Origin: Podarcis liolepis
Lineage: Eukaryota
Assembly: GCA_965112155.1 (NCBI GenBank)
Contig: OZ218098.1
Direction: 5' to 3' (one strand)
Length of the DNA stretch: 64,000 nucleotides
Both the position numbers and the translations under genes were made by a program. Position 1 is the stretch's first letter; each line of letters opens with the position of its first letter. Shown here piece by piece: positions 1 to 13,151 of the stretch. A model generated the notes under the pieces. That model made no database searches, had not been told where the DNA came from, and was given only the letters and a program-made list of their open reading frames with translations.

Positions 1-312
1 CCCTTGGGGAGTCTTCCCTCAGCCTCCTCTCGTCTCCCCTCCTTGGGAGTGCTCTGGCAGCTAGTTCTCCTGCCCCTGGTCCCTGAGCTGCTCCCCCCAC
101 CCCAAGTGAGATGCCTCCCAGAAGACCATTTGCCTGCAGAGCTTGTAGCTAGTGCTGCTGTAATAAACAGCTGTGCAAGCCTTTGGGAGGCAGAGACATG
201 AGAGGCCATCAGAAGGGGAAGAAAGAGGGACAGAGGCCAGTGTTGCCCGTGGCACCCCTGACCATCATTCAAGGCACCCCAGGGTGCCACAGCACACTGG
301 TTGAAACCACTG
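1..312. mobile_element. Partial hAT-like non-autonomous DNA transposon (right end only, truncated by window start)
   Basis: Ends in ...ggcaccccagggtgccacagcacactggttgaaaccactg, resembling the reverse complement of a CAGTGGTTTCAACC-type hAT terminal repeat. The left end is not in the window, so no target-site duplication (TSD) can be checked. Confidence 0.4.
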
Positions 313-1354
313 ATTTAAGGTCTTATCCACACTTTCTCTTTTCCTGGGAAAAACCACTCTTTAGCACTTGGTCGGAGCAAACAGTAATTCATCCCCCCCC
401 CCATTGCCATTTGTTCCAATCTATTGCTAAAGAGCAGTTTTTCCCTTGGAAAAGAGCAGGGCAAGGGAAATCCACTTGGACTTGTGCCTAGAAAGTGTGG
501 GTCTAGCAGAAAACGTCTTGGACCCATGCTAATGAGCCCTAAGTTATCCAAGCCCCAAACTATAAAGCGCATTGAAGTTCAACACTAGCAACTTGTATTT
601 GGTACAGAAACAAACAGGCAGCCAATAAAATCTTCATAATTCATCAATGATAGGAATATTTTTGCAGGATTTTTGGATTAGCAGAAGTTTCCAAATTGTC
701 TTCAGATAAACAGGGCTGCATGGTGAGGAATCTTGCAGGTATGCATTCACTTTCATTGCCACCAAGAGATGTGCAGATTGTTATTGTTATGTTTGTAGTA
801 TCCTCTGTAATTCCTCAGAATCCCTTAAGCACTTCTGAAGAACTTTGACCCCTGTTTTATACAGAACGAGTGACTTTTCCCTGGGCATAGCATCTTACAA
901 TCTGCAGAATGTCATTCCTGTTAATATAATTCTTATCTCCTTGCCCTCTGTCTCCTTTTTCCACTCTATCCTTAATCTTCATATTATTCAAGTCCTTGTA
1001 GATGGTAATGTTCCAGGCTCCACTGTCAGGAGCACACAGAGTACCATTGCTAAACAATGCACAACACAATTCAGTTTGGCTTTGTAGTGAATCCCACATG
1101 AGGTGTTGTTCACATAACACAGTATCCATCTCAACGACTTGTCTCAAATAGCTGCAGCAGAAAGACAGGGGGGAAATGTATTTCCCCCCCTTTCTTTTAT
1201 TCTCTTTGTGCTCTGTGGACATTGGGGAGAGGGGACCATGCATTTGATCCTTCACTAATAGATTTCAAACATGACTATCACCAGGAGAGAAACTGCCATT
1301 TATATATACAGCAGGTGTTGGGGTTCTGCACTTTAAAATCTTAGCTCCTGTAGC

Positions 1355-1535
1355 CAGAAAGATGGTTAGAGTAGAGCCTGGGAAACCAGGATTCAAATCC
1401 CCAATCAGCTATGAAGCTCACTGGGTGACCTTGGGCCAATCATGGTCTCTTAGCCTAACCTACCTCACAGGGAAGTTGTGGAGATAAAAGGGAAGGAGGA
1501 GAACCTTGTAGGCCACCTTGAGCTCCTTGGATAAA
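1355..1535 (+). mobile_element. tRNA-derived CORE/MIR-like SINE
   Basis: B-box-like ggattcaaatccc followed by the CORE-like segment gctcactgggtgaccttgggcc...cctaacctacctcacaggg..gttgtg. Confidence 0.65.
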
Positions 1536-2039
1536 AATGTAAACATGCAGATTTCCATGCACTAAGCAAATTTACGTCAGGCATTACTGGGGAAGGGCAA
1601 GAGGAGGCATTGGCCCCTCCTTGTCTCCCCCCTTTCGCAATTCCATAGCCTCCAAGATAAAAACAGAGACATTATTGTGGATTTGACACATTCATAGTCT
1701 GACACAGCCTGAGCATAACACACCACACCACTACCTTCACACCCAGGTGTTCTGAGAGAGCCAGTATTCCTTTTCCTTGAAGCAAATATGGAACAACACA
1801 CCTTCCATATTGCTCATAATGCAGGAGGCATTAAAAATGTTAGGCCATTTGCATGAAATAATTCCTTCGAATGCATACAAATGTTCTCATTTCTCCAACA
1901 GTGGCAAATGAGCTTTAAGCAAAGAGATAAACCTTTGTCGAGGCCTCTACACACCAAAGCTAGGAGCTTGGCCCAACTTGCCACGGCCGAGCCAGACCAC
2001 AACCACTGCTCCCTACTAGCTGGCGGTCAGGGTTCCTTC

Positions 2040-2395
2040 TCTGCCTTGGAGCTCTCAAGCTGCAGGTCTGTCTGTCTGTCTGTCTGAGTCTGAACCTGAC
2101 AGCCCTGTGGAAGCCAAAGTTAATGGCCTCCTTGTTCTACTGCTGGCAGGTGAAGACTTTCTTGTTCCAACAGGCTTTGAGGAACTATTCTTAAGGAAAG
2201 GGCTGGTGCTGTGATGTTTTTATTGTAATGATCTGTTCGTTTTAATAGATGTCTTGTGTGTATGTGTGTTACTTTTTTTTTTAAATGACTGCTTTTTTCC
2301 TATGTTTTTAGCTGTCTCTGTTTTAGCTGCAAGCTGTCTTGAGTCCCTGTCAGGGGAAAGGATGGGATATAAATCTGATGATGATGATGATGATG
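2040..2395 (+). mobile_element. L2-like LINE 3' end remnant with (GAT)n tail
   Basis: ggcaggtgaagactttcttgttccaacaggcttt, then a T-rich 3' UTR, then gaaaggatgggatataaat followed by (gat)n, a typical L2 3' layout. Confidence 0.5.
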
Positions 2396-4179
2396 GCAGG
2401 GCCAGTCATAAAATAAATGGCACCACAGGCAAGGAGCATCTTTGATGCTCCCTCCATTTCTTCCACTTCTTAATGCCTTATTTTTTTATAGCATTTATAG
2501 TCCATTTCCTGTCTTCTGCGCAATTTACATGCATGATTTATCCCTGTCACATCAGATGATAAATTTGCACACTCTGATCTGTACCATGTGAACTGTTTCT
2601 GATATTTGTTTTGCCTCTTGAGTGGATTGTTGAGTAGACTGTCCATGTAAAGTCTCTCTAAAAGTGCAGGTCATGGTTTAATAACTATTCAGCATCTCAA
2701 AAAGAGGGTGGAAGATAAGGTTAGAAAATGAGTTAAGCAGGTTTTCTGAAGGGGTGGCTCTCTGTACACGTACCCGCCCCCCGCTGTCCCTCTAGATTGA
2801 AGCTGATGCATCTGAGTCTCTAATAAGAAAGTGGATCCAGGAGTCTTTGTTCCTTGTGATCCATGAATCTCCGTTTTGATGATTAAGACTCTGGGAGAAG
2901 ATCTTTTGCCTCCTGAGTAATCAGCAACCCTTCCAGGAATCCAATGGACACCCATCATTCCTACTTCCCTCTTGTCTAAAACTGAGTCCCCCTAACTTTG
3001 CTCTTGGGGCCTCATTTCCACCCACGCTCATCCACAGGAGATACAAAGATCCCAGGGTCCCAAGAACTGTTGCGCTGAATGAGAGGCAATCCATACTGTC
3101 ATCCTGGCTCTGGAGGAAGTGGCTTCTGTAACGTGACAGGCAGGCTGTCAGGAAGGATTTATCAAATTGGCCCTCCCCAATCCTGCTGAAGCAAGCACGT
3201 GGATCAGAGCCAGGAGCCATTTGAGAGATATCAGGGATGGGAGGAAGCTTAATCCTTCCTGACAGCTCCCTGGAATGCACCAAGCCCTGGGCAAGAAATC
3301 CAAGAGAGACTATTTATTCCCTTAAAATGTGTAAAGGATTCAGCTTCCTGCTATACTATCATGACATGTTCTCTGGAGAGAAGACAAAATAATCACCTGA
3401 GGAGCCTAGAGACCTGATAGGATGGAATAACGGAACACCAACAGGAGAATGGTCCCAAAACACCTTCAGATCTGAGGTCTTCCGCAGTGTAGCAAGCGAT
3501 TGTCCCATTTGCCCTCTGGCTGAGACCATTTTGAAAGGTTAATTTAAAAAGGGCTTCTGCTTTAGGAAAGGTGTGAAATGTGCAAGCCTAAGAGGGGTTG
3601 TCACTGCTAACTATATATGCATTTTCTCCTTACTTCAGACCATGGGTATGTCCTTGAGGAAATCTACTAGAGCTAGATAATCAGGCATCTCCTCAGCTTC
3701 CTTCCCTCTCTTCAGCCCAAAGTACACGTTGCAGGAAGAAGGGTGATAGGCACCCCTGTCATGTATATTGGGGAGAATGCATGTGACATTACAGGTCTGT
3801 ACTTCCCACCCCCTTCCCCATAAGTGGCAGCTAATGAAGTGGAATATGAAATGGAGAAATATGTGGTGGTGTTGCATCACTTTAATTGAAAAAAACCATC
3901 ACATTACATCTGTGAGATATAATGTGAGATTTTTGGACCTGAGCTCCTGGCCACTTTTGCTACTGTATGCTTCATATCAATGGTTTCTTCAGTCAATATT
4001 GATGTAATGTTTGTTCACAGGCTCCGCCATTTTTGGAACCTACGGAGCCTGCAGTTTTTCTCAAGAAGCTGACTTAACTCCTCTGGAGTGCTACTATTGA
4101 TTTACAGCAGCGTTGCTGTTGATAGACAGTGTGAAGTTCTTTCAAACCTATAATGGCACTGTAGATGGGAAAGCATTCC

Positions 4180-4450
4180 TGGAACATCTAATTCAACAGT
4201 CAGTCTGTGAGCATTTAGGAGAAGGATGCTGCGATTACCAAGACCCAGCATGGGTTTCTCAAAAATAAGTCATGCCAGACCAATCTGATTTCTTTTTTTG
4301 ATGGAATTACAAACTTGGTGGATCAGGGAAATGCTGTGGACATAGTGTATCTTGATTTCAGTAAGGCTTTTGACAAAGTCCCCCATGATATTCTCATGTG
4401 GAAGCTGGTGAAATGTGGTTTGAAAGAGGTAACTGTTAGGTGGATTTTTA
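4180..4450 (+). mobile_element. CR1 LINE reverse-transcriptase fragment
   Basis: Translates QHGFLKNKSCQTNLISFFDGIT...VDQGNAVDIVYLDFSKAFDKVPHDIL..KL.KCGL....VRWI, the classic CR1 RT motifs (QHGF, YLDFSKAFD). Confidence 0.9.
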
Positions 4451-5609
4451 GCTTTTGCTATCTTTCATTTTTCTTCCTCCCATTGAAATGGAGGGAAGCT
4501 GTTCCTCCTTGAAACACTAAAACAAAATAGTATGCCGCAGATGATAATGATTCCTTATTTCCTGCCGCAAGGGGCTTCTCAGGACAACCCTCTGCATTTG
4601 CCAACAGTCTCAGCCAGCAACACCAGGGGAGATGGTGTGTATTTGCCCTATCTACTCCTACTCCATCGTCTCCAAACATTGAATTGATTAGGCAGCAGTC
4701 TATCCCTTTTGAGTACTTCCCGCCATTGCTGAAGCTTGAAGAGCCTTTTTATGTAGGGAACTTTGAACTGGGCCTGGAAATGCACTGGTGGTTGGTACAG
4801 AATCAGTGTCATATGCTCTCAACTTCCGCACCAATAGAAGTGTCTACACTGCCTTCAGGGGCGTGCTTTTGCTTGCCTTTGGATAGTACACATTCATTCA
4901 GGAGCCTTTGAAAACAATAGTAGCTGAAGATTTCTTAAAGTCTTTCAGAGATGTGTAAAGATTCAGGGCAAGCTGCCAAAAGGGGGTGAGATTTAAAATT
5001 GGAAATCATTGACCTTGTTGTGGGAGTCAACACAGACATTTAGTTTCCCTGTGTACTGTGGATTCCAATCTTCTGAAGATGTTGTAACTTTCAACATGCC
5101 CTTAGTTAAACTGAGCAAACATAAAGTATTTGAGAATCAAATCCTCTCCTCTTCCAACATCTTATTGCAGACCTTTGGATTCCAGGTCTCTTGTGAAGCC
5201 AGACTGAAGGGAGGAATTACCTATATTTATTTTATCCTGTTTTTCAGACAAAATTGTCCCCCAAAACAGTTCAAATCAAAGGCGGTGGGGGGGGGGAGAG
5301 AGGTGTAAACTAATGAATACTTCTGGAACTCTCATATTGAGTCGTAGTGAGTTAATAATACAGGCTGAAACTATGTTGTTAATAAGAGCTAGGAGTCTAT
5401 GTGCTGCGGCATCCAGAATCGAGGACTCAGCTTGGTACAGAATTCAAATTAACCACATAGAGGTCTTCTATTGAGTAATAAATAATGTAATCCTGCCGCA
5501 AGTGACCTTGCTATTTGGTTTTATTCTGCAAATCATTTTCTCATCTGTAAAATAGTTGCAAACCTCAATACTTGCTTCCCTTGGGATTGATCTGGAAGTT
5601 GCTACCGGT

Positions 5610-5960
5610 GCAAAATGCTGCAGCCACGTTGCTGAGTGGAGGTGCACACATATTACACCTCCGCTGAGAGAACTGCACTGGCTGGCAATCACCTACCAGG
5701 CCACATTCAAGGTTTTGTTGTTAACATATAAAGCTCTGACCAAGCTTAGGACCACCTGCCCTTGTATGGACCTGTAAGATCACTTACTGTAGATCGTCTC
5801 AGGAAATTCTACTTATGGTACCACATACTGAAAAATATCACAGGACGGTGATCCCCAAACAGGCATTTTCTGCGATTGCTCCTGTATTATAGTATTTCCT
5901 CCCTGAAAATGCCTTAATAGTTATTTGTCTTTCCACACTGGATATGCTGGCGAATATCCA
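5610..5960 (+). mobile_element. L2 LINE ORF2 C-terminal remnant
   Basis: HITPPLRELHWLAITYQATFKVLLLTYKAL matches the L2 motif HITPxLxxLHWLPxxxRxxFKxLLLxYKAL. Confidence 0.7.
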
Positions 5961-7439
5961 ACATCCATATGTTGGTGCATATGCATTTTGTTGCTAAAGA
6001 ATTGGCAGCAATGAAGTCTGGAAAAACAGAGGAGGGCAACAGTTCCTGGCTCTTTCAGGCAAGTTGCATATATTTTAAGGGATCCACTCATTGTGCCTAC
6101 ATATTTTCTGAAGACCTCAGCACATTTGTTTATTTGGACTATATGCAGGAAGGCAGGTCAGAGCTGTGTTTGTTCACCATCATATTTCCGACTTTCCGTT
6201 CGTTTAAATTGACTATTTGTGAGGCTAATCGGAATGTTGACGTCTTGTGCCTTCATTTGCTGTATCTGGATCATTTCTTTATCGGGCAGTTGTCAAACCC
6301 CTTCCACCTCTTTGCATGCTGAGCTGCAAGAAAGCTTTTCATTTTGAATGGGAGAAAGTTACAGATTCCAATGCAAGGCCAAAGTGGGAATAAAGCCTCC
6401 ATGTAACCACTGACCTGAGGGCCTAAATGCAATTAAGTTATTAAATTGAGAAAAGCTTAATTAATGTTAGCAATAAAACAGAATGCCAAGAGCGTGGACT
6501 GAGTGGAAAAGAGCTGCTGGAGGACTGAAGCTCACGTGCCTCTTGAGAAATGAAGGAAGGAGCAGCCTGTGCAAGCAGCAGCTGAAATTGTAGCAGCGGT
6601 GCTGCAAGCTGCTCGTTTTTTTTATGACGGGCCATAGCACATAAACATGGAGATGTGGCATTTCCCAGCCACACTGCCAATATATGGACCTTTGAGAACG
6701 GGGAAGCGCTATATCCTCCTTCATAAATAGAGAAGGTGAGACAGGCAAGTTCCTGACTCAGCAGCGGGGTGGGGGGGAGGCTTACGCGAAGGCCTGGACA
6801 ATGTAGAAGCTGGAAGGTGAGATGCATAACAAGGAGGCTGGAGCCGTGGCCGATGGCAGTGGGGTGAAGTATTTCCAAGATGGGGGGTTGCACCCTCCAC
6901 TAATGAGCAGCAGAATATACTGCTGTTTTCAGTAGAAGTCATATTTCCTCTCCCTCAGGCACACTTCTAGTTAGGCCTGTGATTAAATAGACCTTGTGCT
7001 AACAATATCTCTCTCCCCCCCCCCCCATCTCTCCCTGTGGTAATTTCCCAAAGCCCTTTCCCTTCAAATGCTCACTTACATTGGATAAATGATTTTTCAA
7101 GTGCCGTTTCTCACCTGAGGACAGCAGACAGTTTGAAAAGGCCTCGAGCTCTCTGAAGGGAAAGAGGCGCAGAGATTCTTTTTCCCCATCAGAGTCACTG
7201 GCTAAGATGAAGTGGATTGTAAAGGAAAACGTTCTCTAGCAGTAATTGAACATAAATCCTTTACAGGTAATACATAAACCATGAAAAATTATCACCAATT
7301 ACCTAGATTTAATCTGGACCTGGCTTGGAAAATCCCTGTGGGTTTCTCGTGCTTAAAAATGTCCAGATGCAGACAGCGAGCCTCCTTCTGTCCCAGACTC
7401 TCATGGCTGCCTCTCTCTCTCTTTCCTTTTGCGCTACAG

Positions 7440-7710
7440 CTCTCCCCTGGGTCTGAGGATGATGAGGGACATGACAGTGCCAGCCGAGAAAACCTGGGCC
7501 GGATCCAGTTTAGTGTTGGCTACAATTTCCAGGAATCCACCCTAACTGTCAAAATACTGAAAGCTCAAGAGCTACCAGCCAAGGATTTCAGTGGCACAAG
7601 TGACCCTTTCGTCAAAATTTACCTCCTACCAGATAAAAAAAATAAGCTGGAGACAAAGGTGAAAAGGAAGAATTTAAACCCACATTGGAATGAGACCTTT
7701 CTCTTTGAAG
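7440..7710 (+). CDS. SYT7: Synaptotagmin-7 coding exon: linker end and first half of C2A
   Basis: Polypyrimidine tract + tacag acceptor; GAAG|gtatgt donor; 271 nt (phase 0 to 1). Encodes [90 protein letters not shown](G), near-identical to vertebrate SYT7. Confidence 0.97.
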
Positions 7711-9311
7711 GTATGTAAAATGGTCCAGGTTTAGGGTGCTGGTTATGGAGGCCAAGAATTTGCTCTGCCTTCGGGCAAGTTACTTACGGTAACAAATCTG
7801 CCGCATGCCTCAGTTCTGTTCCTGTTACATGTGGTCATGTTTTCCTTCAATGTCTGATTTGAAGGGCAAGCAATGTTAGTGGTGGCATAGAGCAAAAATG
7901 CAGTTGTGCAGAATACAGTACTTGTAGCCAAACAGGAAAAGAGGATAACAGAGCACTAACCCATTTAATCCAGTGCCAGTCTTCTCCTGCAAACAGCTGG
8001 GGTCAGTTATCACACTTCACATAACAGGCTAGAAATACTTCAGCACATCTGCAGCTGCACATAGAGACTGTTACATTTGAAAGCCACTCATTATGCAAAG
8101 AGTCGTCACACTCATGTCACAGAGGCTACCAAGAACACAGTACTGACATGAAGATTTTCCACTTGGTCAGGGTAGTCTATATGAAGAGTAACCTCCAAAC
8201 GCCATCACATGAAGGCATCGCCACTGGTAATATGAAGCCGTGTACATATTCTGGGAATAGGCACCATCTACAGTGATACCAGATTAGCGTCACTTCCCAT
8301 GTTGCATTTTATTCATGGATATGCATCTGAAACTATGGTCCTTTCCCAAAAATTATAATGTGGCAGAGATTATATCTGTGGCTATGTATGAATGGGACAA
8401 GGACATGCCCCAGACTGTGGGATCAACTTAAAATTCTTCTCTCTGCAAGAGTAAATCCTTCCTGCATGTGATTTTTTACATGAAAGCATCTTGTGGGCGC
8501 ACTCTTATCAGGTAGTATGAAAACGCCCAGGATGAGGGGCATTGCAATACATTTTTCTCTCCTCAATGCATCTTTAAGGTGCCCTCTTTTACATGAACAG
8601 GAAGAACCAGGAAGCAGTTTTAAGCAAACAGTCATTTTGACAAATGATGACTTTCAGGCTGCACCAGTTCCTTGCACTGTTTTAAGATCACACGAGAATG
8701 AGAGGATGCAGACATACCCTAAAGAAAATTGTGATCTGTCAAGTATGGCATCAAGTCATACCATGGTCTATCTATTCCATGGGGCCAGTTTGTGCCACAT
8801 AACATATCATTCTTCTGCTTTATCTACTGTCTTGCTTCCTGCCAAATCAGATCATGCCCTTAGTCCATCACATTTAATACTCAACCTCAGGGGAATGGCC
8901 AGAGCCTTACGCTACCAGAGAGAGGCCAAAAGCCTTCACTAGTGATCTAAGTGCAGTGATGGATAAGGCTGGGATTCCTTCCTGGCCCTTATAGCAGCCA
9001 GCCAGTTCCCTGAAGCATTAGGTTTGATTGATGAAGTTGGATTACTACTCACTCATCTGGAATACCTACAAATGTTATTCAAGGCTGCAAGATTGCCCAG
9101 AAGCATGGGTTCCTTCACCCATGTATGGCCTGGGCCAGTCATGACCACTTCTCTATTGGCAACCTGAATAGATGCTAATGTGGAAAAGACCTGTGCATGC
9201 AGCAGAATAACCATTTTCACTTGCATCTAGGCTTAACGTTGGGGCTCCCTTTACTGTGGTTGCCTGCATGTCGTCTCTCATCTTTTCTTCCACTCCTTTT
9301 GCTTTTGGCAG

Positions 9312-9481
9312 GTTTCCCATATGAGAAAGTGGTTCAGCGGGTGCTCTATCTACAGGTTCTGGATTATGATCGGTTCAGTCGTAACGATCCCATTGGGGAG
9401 GTGTCCATTCCCCTCAACAAAGTGGACTTGACCCAGATGCAGACATTCTGGAAAGAACTAAAGCCCTGCAGTGATGGGAGT
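9312..9481 (+). CDS. SYT7: Synaptotagmin-7 coding exon: second half of C2A
   Basis: ttttggcag acceptor, AGT|gtaaga donor, 170 nt (phase 1 to 0). Encodes (G)[56 protein letters not shown], including the Ca2+-binding DYDRFSRND loop. Confidence 0.97.
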
Positions 9482-9721
9482 GTAAGATCCTTGCTTTGTT
9501 TTGAAACAGGGGGCTGATCCAGAATATCCAAGGTTGGCTCAGGGCATGCATGCATTGGGGGCTGGCCGTATATGATTCCTAATTCCATGCGGAATGAGGA
9601 AAGCTGGCTAGATCCTGAACAGTCTTGGGGTGATTTCTGTTCAAAGTTTACAGTGGGGAATCGGGGGGGGGGGGTGATGTTACATAATAATTCCTCTATC
9701 TCTGCTAACTCTTCTCTGCAG

Positions 9722-9836
9722 GGAAGCCGAGGAGAGCTTCTCCTGTCGCTTTGCTACAACCCTTCAGCTAACTCCATTGTTGTGAACATTATCAAAGCTC
9801 GGAATCTTAAAGCCATGGACATCGGGGGAACATCAG
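9722..9836 (+). CDS. SYT7: Synaptotagmin-7 coding exon: start of C2B
   Basis: ctaac branch-like motif and cttctctgcag acceptor, CAG|gtatgg donor, 115 nt. Encodes [38 protein letters not shown](D). Confidence 0.97.
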
Positions 9837-10199
9837 GTATGGGGTTCCGTAGCAGCTCTTCTTACGCAGTGGCAAATAGTCTTAGATTTAAAGCTCTTAC
9901 TTACTTTGCCAAACCTTTATTAGGCATTACAAATATGGGCCATCATAAAACATCCATATAGTCTGGCACATTCAAATTACATCCTCAATGTTTAATGTTT
10001 CTCGGGATGTTTAAGTATCTTCCCTTGACAAAAGCTGAGGGGAAAATGTTCAGTCAGGCTAACATAAAGGCCCTGCGTTGGACTGGATTTATTAATTTTG
10101 AAATATAAGTGATCCTGTTGTCTGTTGTATTTAATCCCTAGAACTTGGGGGAGCAATTTTTATTTACAGCTGATTCAATGCTTTGTATTTCAATGACCC

Positions 10200-10605
10200 C
10201 TAATCTGGTTTGAATATTGCAATAAATATATTGCTCACCTGAATTATACAAGAGTTCCAAGTCAATACCAGCAGATCTAATATTGCTATGTAAGAATTGG
10301 AACCATCTGGATTTATAAGAGTCCTTATGTAAGTCAGAAAGCAGACTTGAAGGTTGTCAACGAAAATGGCAATGCAACCAGTATTTTATAGTGCTAGGCC
10401 GCATCCAATATTCCATCGTGTGTATACCTAGTTCTGCACACATCGTCTCATACTTGATTGAACTTGGGAGCCCCAGGATATGTCTCAAGAAACTTGAGTG
10501 TATCTTATCTAAATCACTTTTATATGCTTGTATTTGTATTGGGATCCCAAAAAGTAGCTGGGACAACACTTTAGGTAAGAGACTTAAAGCAAACCACCAA
10601 TGACC
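10200..10605 (-). mobile_element. Degraded non-LTR retrotransposon RT C-terminal remnant (RTE-X-like)
   Basis: Minus-strand QLLFGIPI...LDKIHSSFLRHILGLPSSIKYETMCAELGI...IKYWL resembles the post-RT region of RTE-X-type LINEs. The clade assignment is tentative. Confidence 0.55.
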
Positions 10606-11377
10606 ATTTCCTTAGAGTTCTGTGCACTTACTGGTTTCAAGTAAACCTGGCAAGAATCAGAAGCTATTTGATTTTCAGGTGTTGTTTGCTTGCTTGCTTG
10701 CTTGCTTGGGGTCTCCTCCCAAAGGAGCCTGTCATGTGTTATGCCCATCATCCCCAGCTGACAGAGAGTGAAAGAACAAATGCCTTCAAACTGACCTGCC
10801 TCACCTTCTGAGTAGAGAAACTAGCATAGCCTACTTGACAAAAAACCAAGACAATGTGCAGATGAATATCTTCATTGAATTTCTTCTGATCAATGCTAGA
10901 AGATTTATAGAGCTGTGGTTCTTAAACTGAGGTATACTTTTAAGTGACCCTTGATCCTACAATGGAAATAACAGAGCATGCTACTGAAGAGAGAGTTTCT
11001 GTCTGATGCTGAAAGGGCAACTCACATTTCAGTTTCATTTCTATATGTTAAACAGAAAAGTCCTTTATCTTTTGTGTGCTCCATGTGATGGAGCCACCTT
11101 GCTGAAGCTAAGCAGCTCTGGGCCTGGCCAAGGCACGGGTGGGAGGCTCTCTGAGAACTCAGTGAGAAAAAAATTGTGGCATATTAGTGCAAACGGCTGC
11201 AGTGGGATGGTAATCTGGGGCCTGAATGTGGCCCTCCAGGCCTCTCTTGTCTGGCCCTTGGGACTCTCTCGAGGCCACCACCTCACCTCAGACCAGTCCT
11301 CCTATGTACCTTTCCTTGAGAGTTTTTGCCTGGCTGGGATGTGCCCTTGATCTTTAATAATGCCTCTTGCTTGGATG

Positions 11378-11544
11378 CAGTGGCGTAGTGTGGGGGGTGC
11401 AGGGGGGCGGCCGCACCAGGCGCAACATCTGGGGGTTAGGGTTAGGGGGCGCAAATCCACGGGTTAGGGGGCGCAAATCCATGGGTTAGGGGGCGCAAAT
11501 TACTTGCCTTGCCCCGGGTGCTGACAACCCACGCTACGCCACTG
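11378..11544. mobile_element. Young hAT-type MITE with internal TTAGGG-containing tandem repeat
   Basis: Terminal inverted repeats (TIRs) CAGTGGCGTAGTGTGGG / CCCACGCTACGCCACTG (1 mismatch in 17). Perfect 8-bp TSD CTTGGATG at 11370-11377 and 11545-11552. Confidence 0.9.
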
Positions 11545-12951
11545 CTTGGATGGATGGATGGATGATAGGGGTGTGCGAGTAAGTACAGAAACTACTGTAC
11601 TGTACAGAAGTAAAAATTGTATTCATTGTTTTGCCCAATTTTGCATCTGACTTCCCTGCCCCTCAGCCATACACATAGGTCCCCTTCAGGCATGCATATG
11701 TCTTTGTTAAGTCCTGGACAGTGTACAAAAAGTGAAGTTTTATTTGGAAATCTGCCAAATATTTTCCTTACAGTGGGCATAAAGACAGACAATGGAGTGG
11801 CCTTGGAAGAGCAGGTACATCAGAATAGCAGTGCACATACCATTAGGTTTAAAAACTACTAGAAGTTTCTTTGTTCTATAATGGGATCGGTATTTCCCCT
11901 ATTATGGTCTGTACCAGAAGGACAAACTGCTTTCATCCTTTTTGCAGCTTGTAATGGGGGGAATATAAACATATTACTTTCTTGATTTCTTTTACATTTT
12001 TTTAGTTCTAGGGTGGGATGCCTCCACAAGTGTGTAACACTGTGCAATGTAATAAAATGTTATCACAAGGTACTGTGATTGAATTGTTTTATTGCTCTTA
12101 GATTTTATCTCACTTCTGCAGACTAAATATCTCATACGTAAGACTACAGTCTCTAATTACACTGTACCTAATGAGCAGCGAAAGCTTGCTTGATTTTTCT
12201 CTCTTCTGCATTGAGAAGAATGGAGTTTACTAGTGAGGAGACAGGCTCTCTGTCCTGGAAAGCTCTGGAAGCAGAAAACCTGAATGTTTGACCTTGTTTT
12301 TTAAACATCCCATAAGCAGTGCTGCACTGGAATGTGATGGTTAAGGAATGGTGGGAACTCCGGTTAAGAATAAACTTCTCAGCCTGAAGGGCTGGTTGTA
12401 GAAGCAAGCAAACTAGAAAGCGTTGTCACCAGCTGTAAAGCTGCTGGCTGTAACAGACTGACATGGCTCTGCTGGTTACCAAGAGACCGCAAAACACCAG
12501 TCTTGGCTGGTATTTGAAGCCTCAAACATAGAACCGAGGACAGCATAGCCCATTCAGCATCAGAATTGGAAAGCTGATTGTAAGTGGCCATTGACAGAAA
12601 TAACTGGGTGGATTACTTGAATAAACTGGCATAAATGGCTTGAAAAGAACATTAACTGCAGGGCAGTTTAGACTGGGGCATGTAATTTAATAAGTGGCTC
12701 ATTTCCCATGAGGAAGGCAAGTGAACAGCTGGAACCTTTCCATGTACCGTACATAAAACTGAACCCTGTATTTTTGAAACTGATGTAGGTGCTTCTTTGG
12801 GGCAAAAAGAAACAAATGATCCATTGCTATCCAGTTTTATAACATCTGGAGCCTGGGTACTGGGGTGCTCCTTCTGGGTACCTCTACAACTCCACCTCCC
12901 CTCCACAGTAATTTATGTCCCAGTGATGTTATTCTCTGTTTCCTGTGCCAG

Positions 12952-13151
12952 ACCCCTACGTGAAGGTGTGGCTGATGTACAAAGACAAACGGGTGGAGAA
13001 GAAGAAGACGGTAGTGATGAAGCGGTGCCTGAACCCAGTCTTTAATGAGTCCTTCATCTTCGACATCCCCACAGAGAAGCTGAGGGAAACGACCATTATC
13101 ATCACTGTCATGGATAAGGACAGGCTCAGCCGGAATGATGTCATTGGAAAG
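12952..13151 (+). CDS. SYT7: Synaptotagmin-7 coding exon: C2B core
   Basis: ttcctgtgccag acceptor, AAG|gtgagt donor, 200 nt. Encodes (D)[66 protein letters not shown], with the polybasic strand and Ca2+-binding aspartates. Confidence 0.97.

Noticed and set aside
4021-4077. Possible cryptic SYT7 exon (ttcacag|APPFLEPTEPAVFLKKLT-stop)
   Set aside because: Short pyrimidine tract, no clear donor, and no similarity to SYT7 linker exons that I recognise.
6441-6893. 150-aa minus-strand ORF in a SYT7 intron
   Set aside because: No homology or coding signature; consistent with chance.
8493-8942. 149-aa plus-strand ORF between the C2A exons
   Set aside because: Non-ATG start, no domain, and no splice signals compatible with the SYT7 frame.
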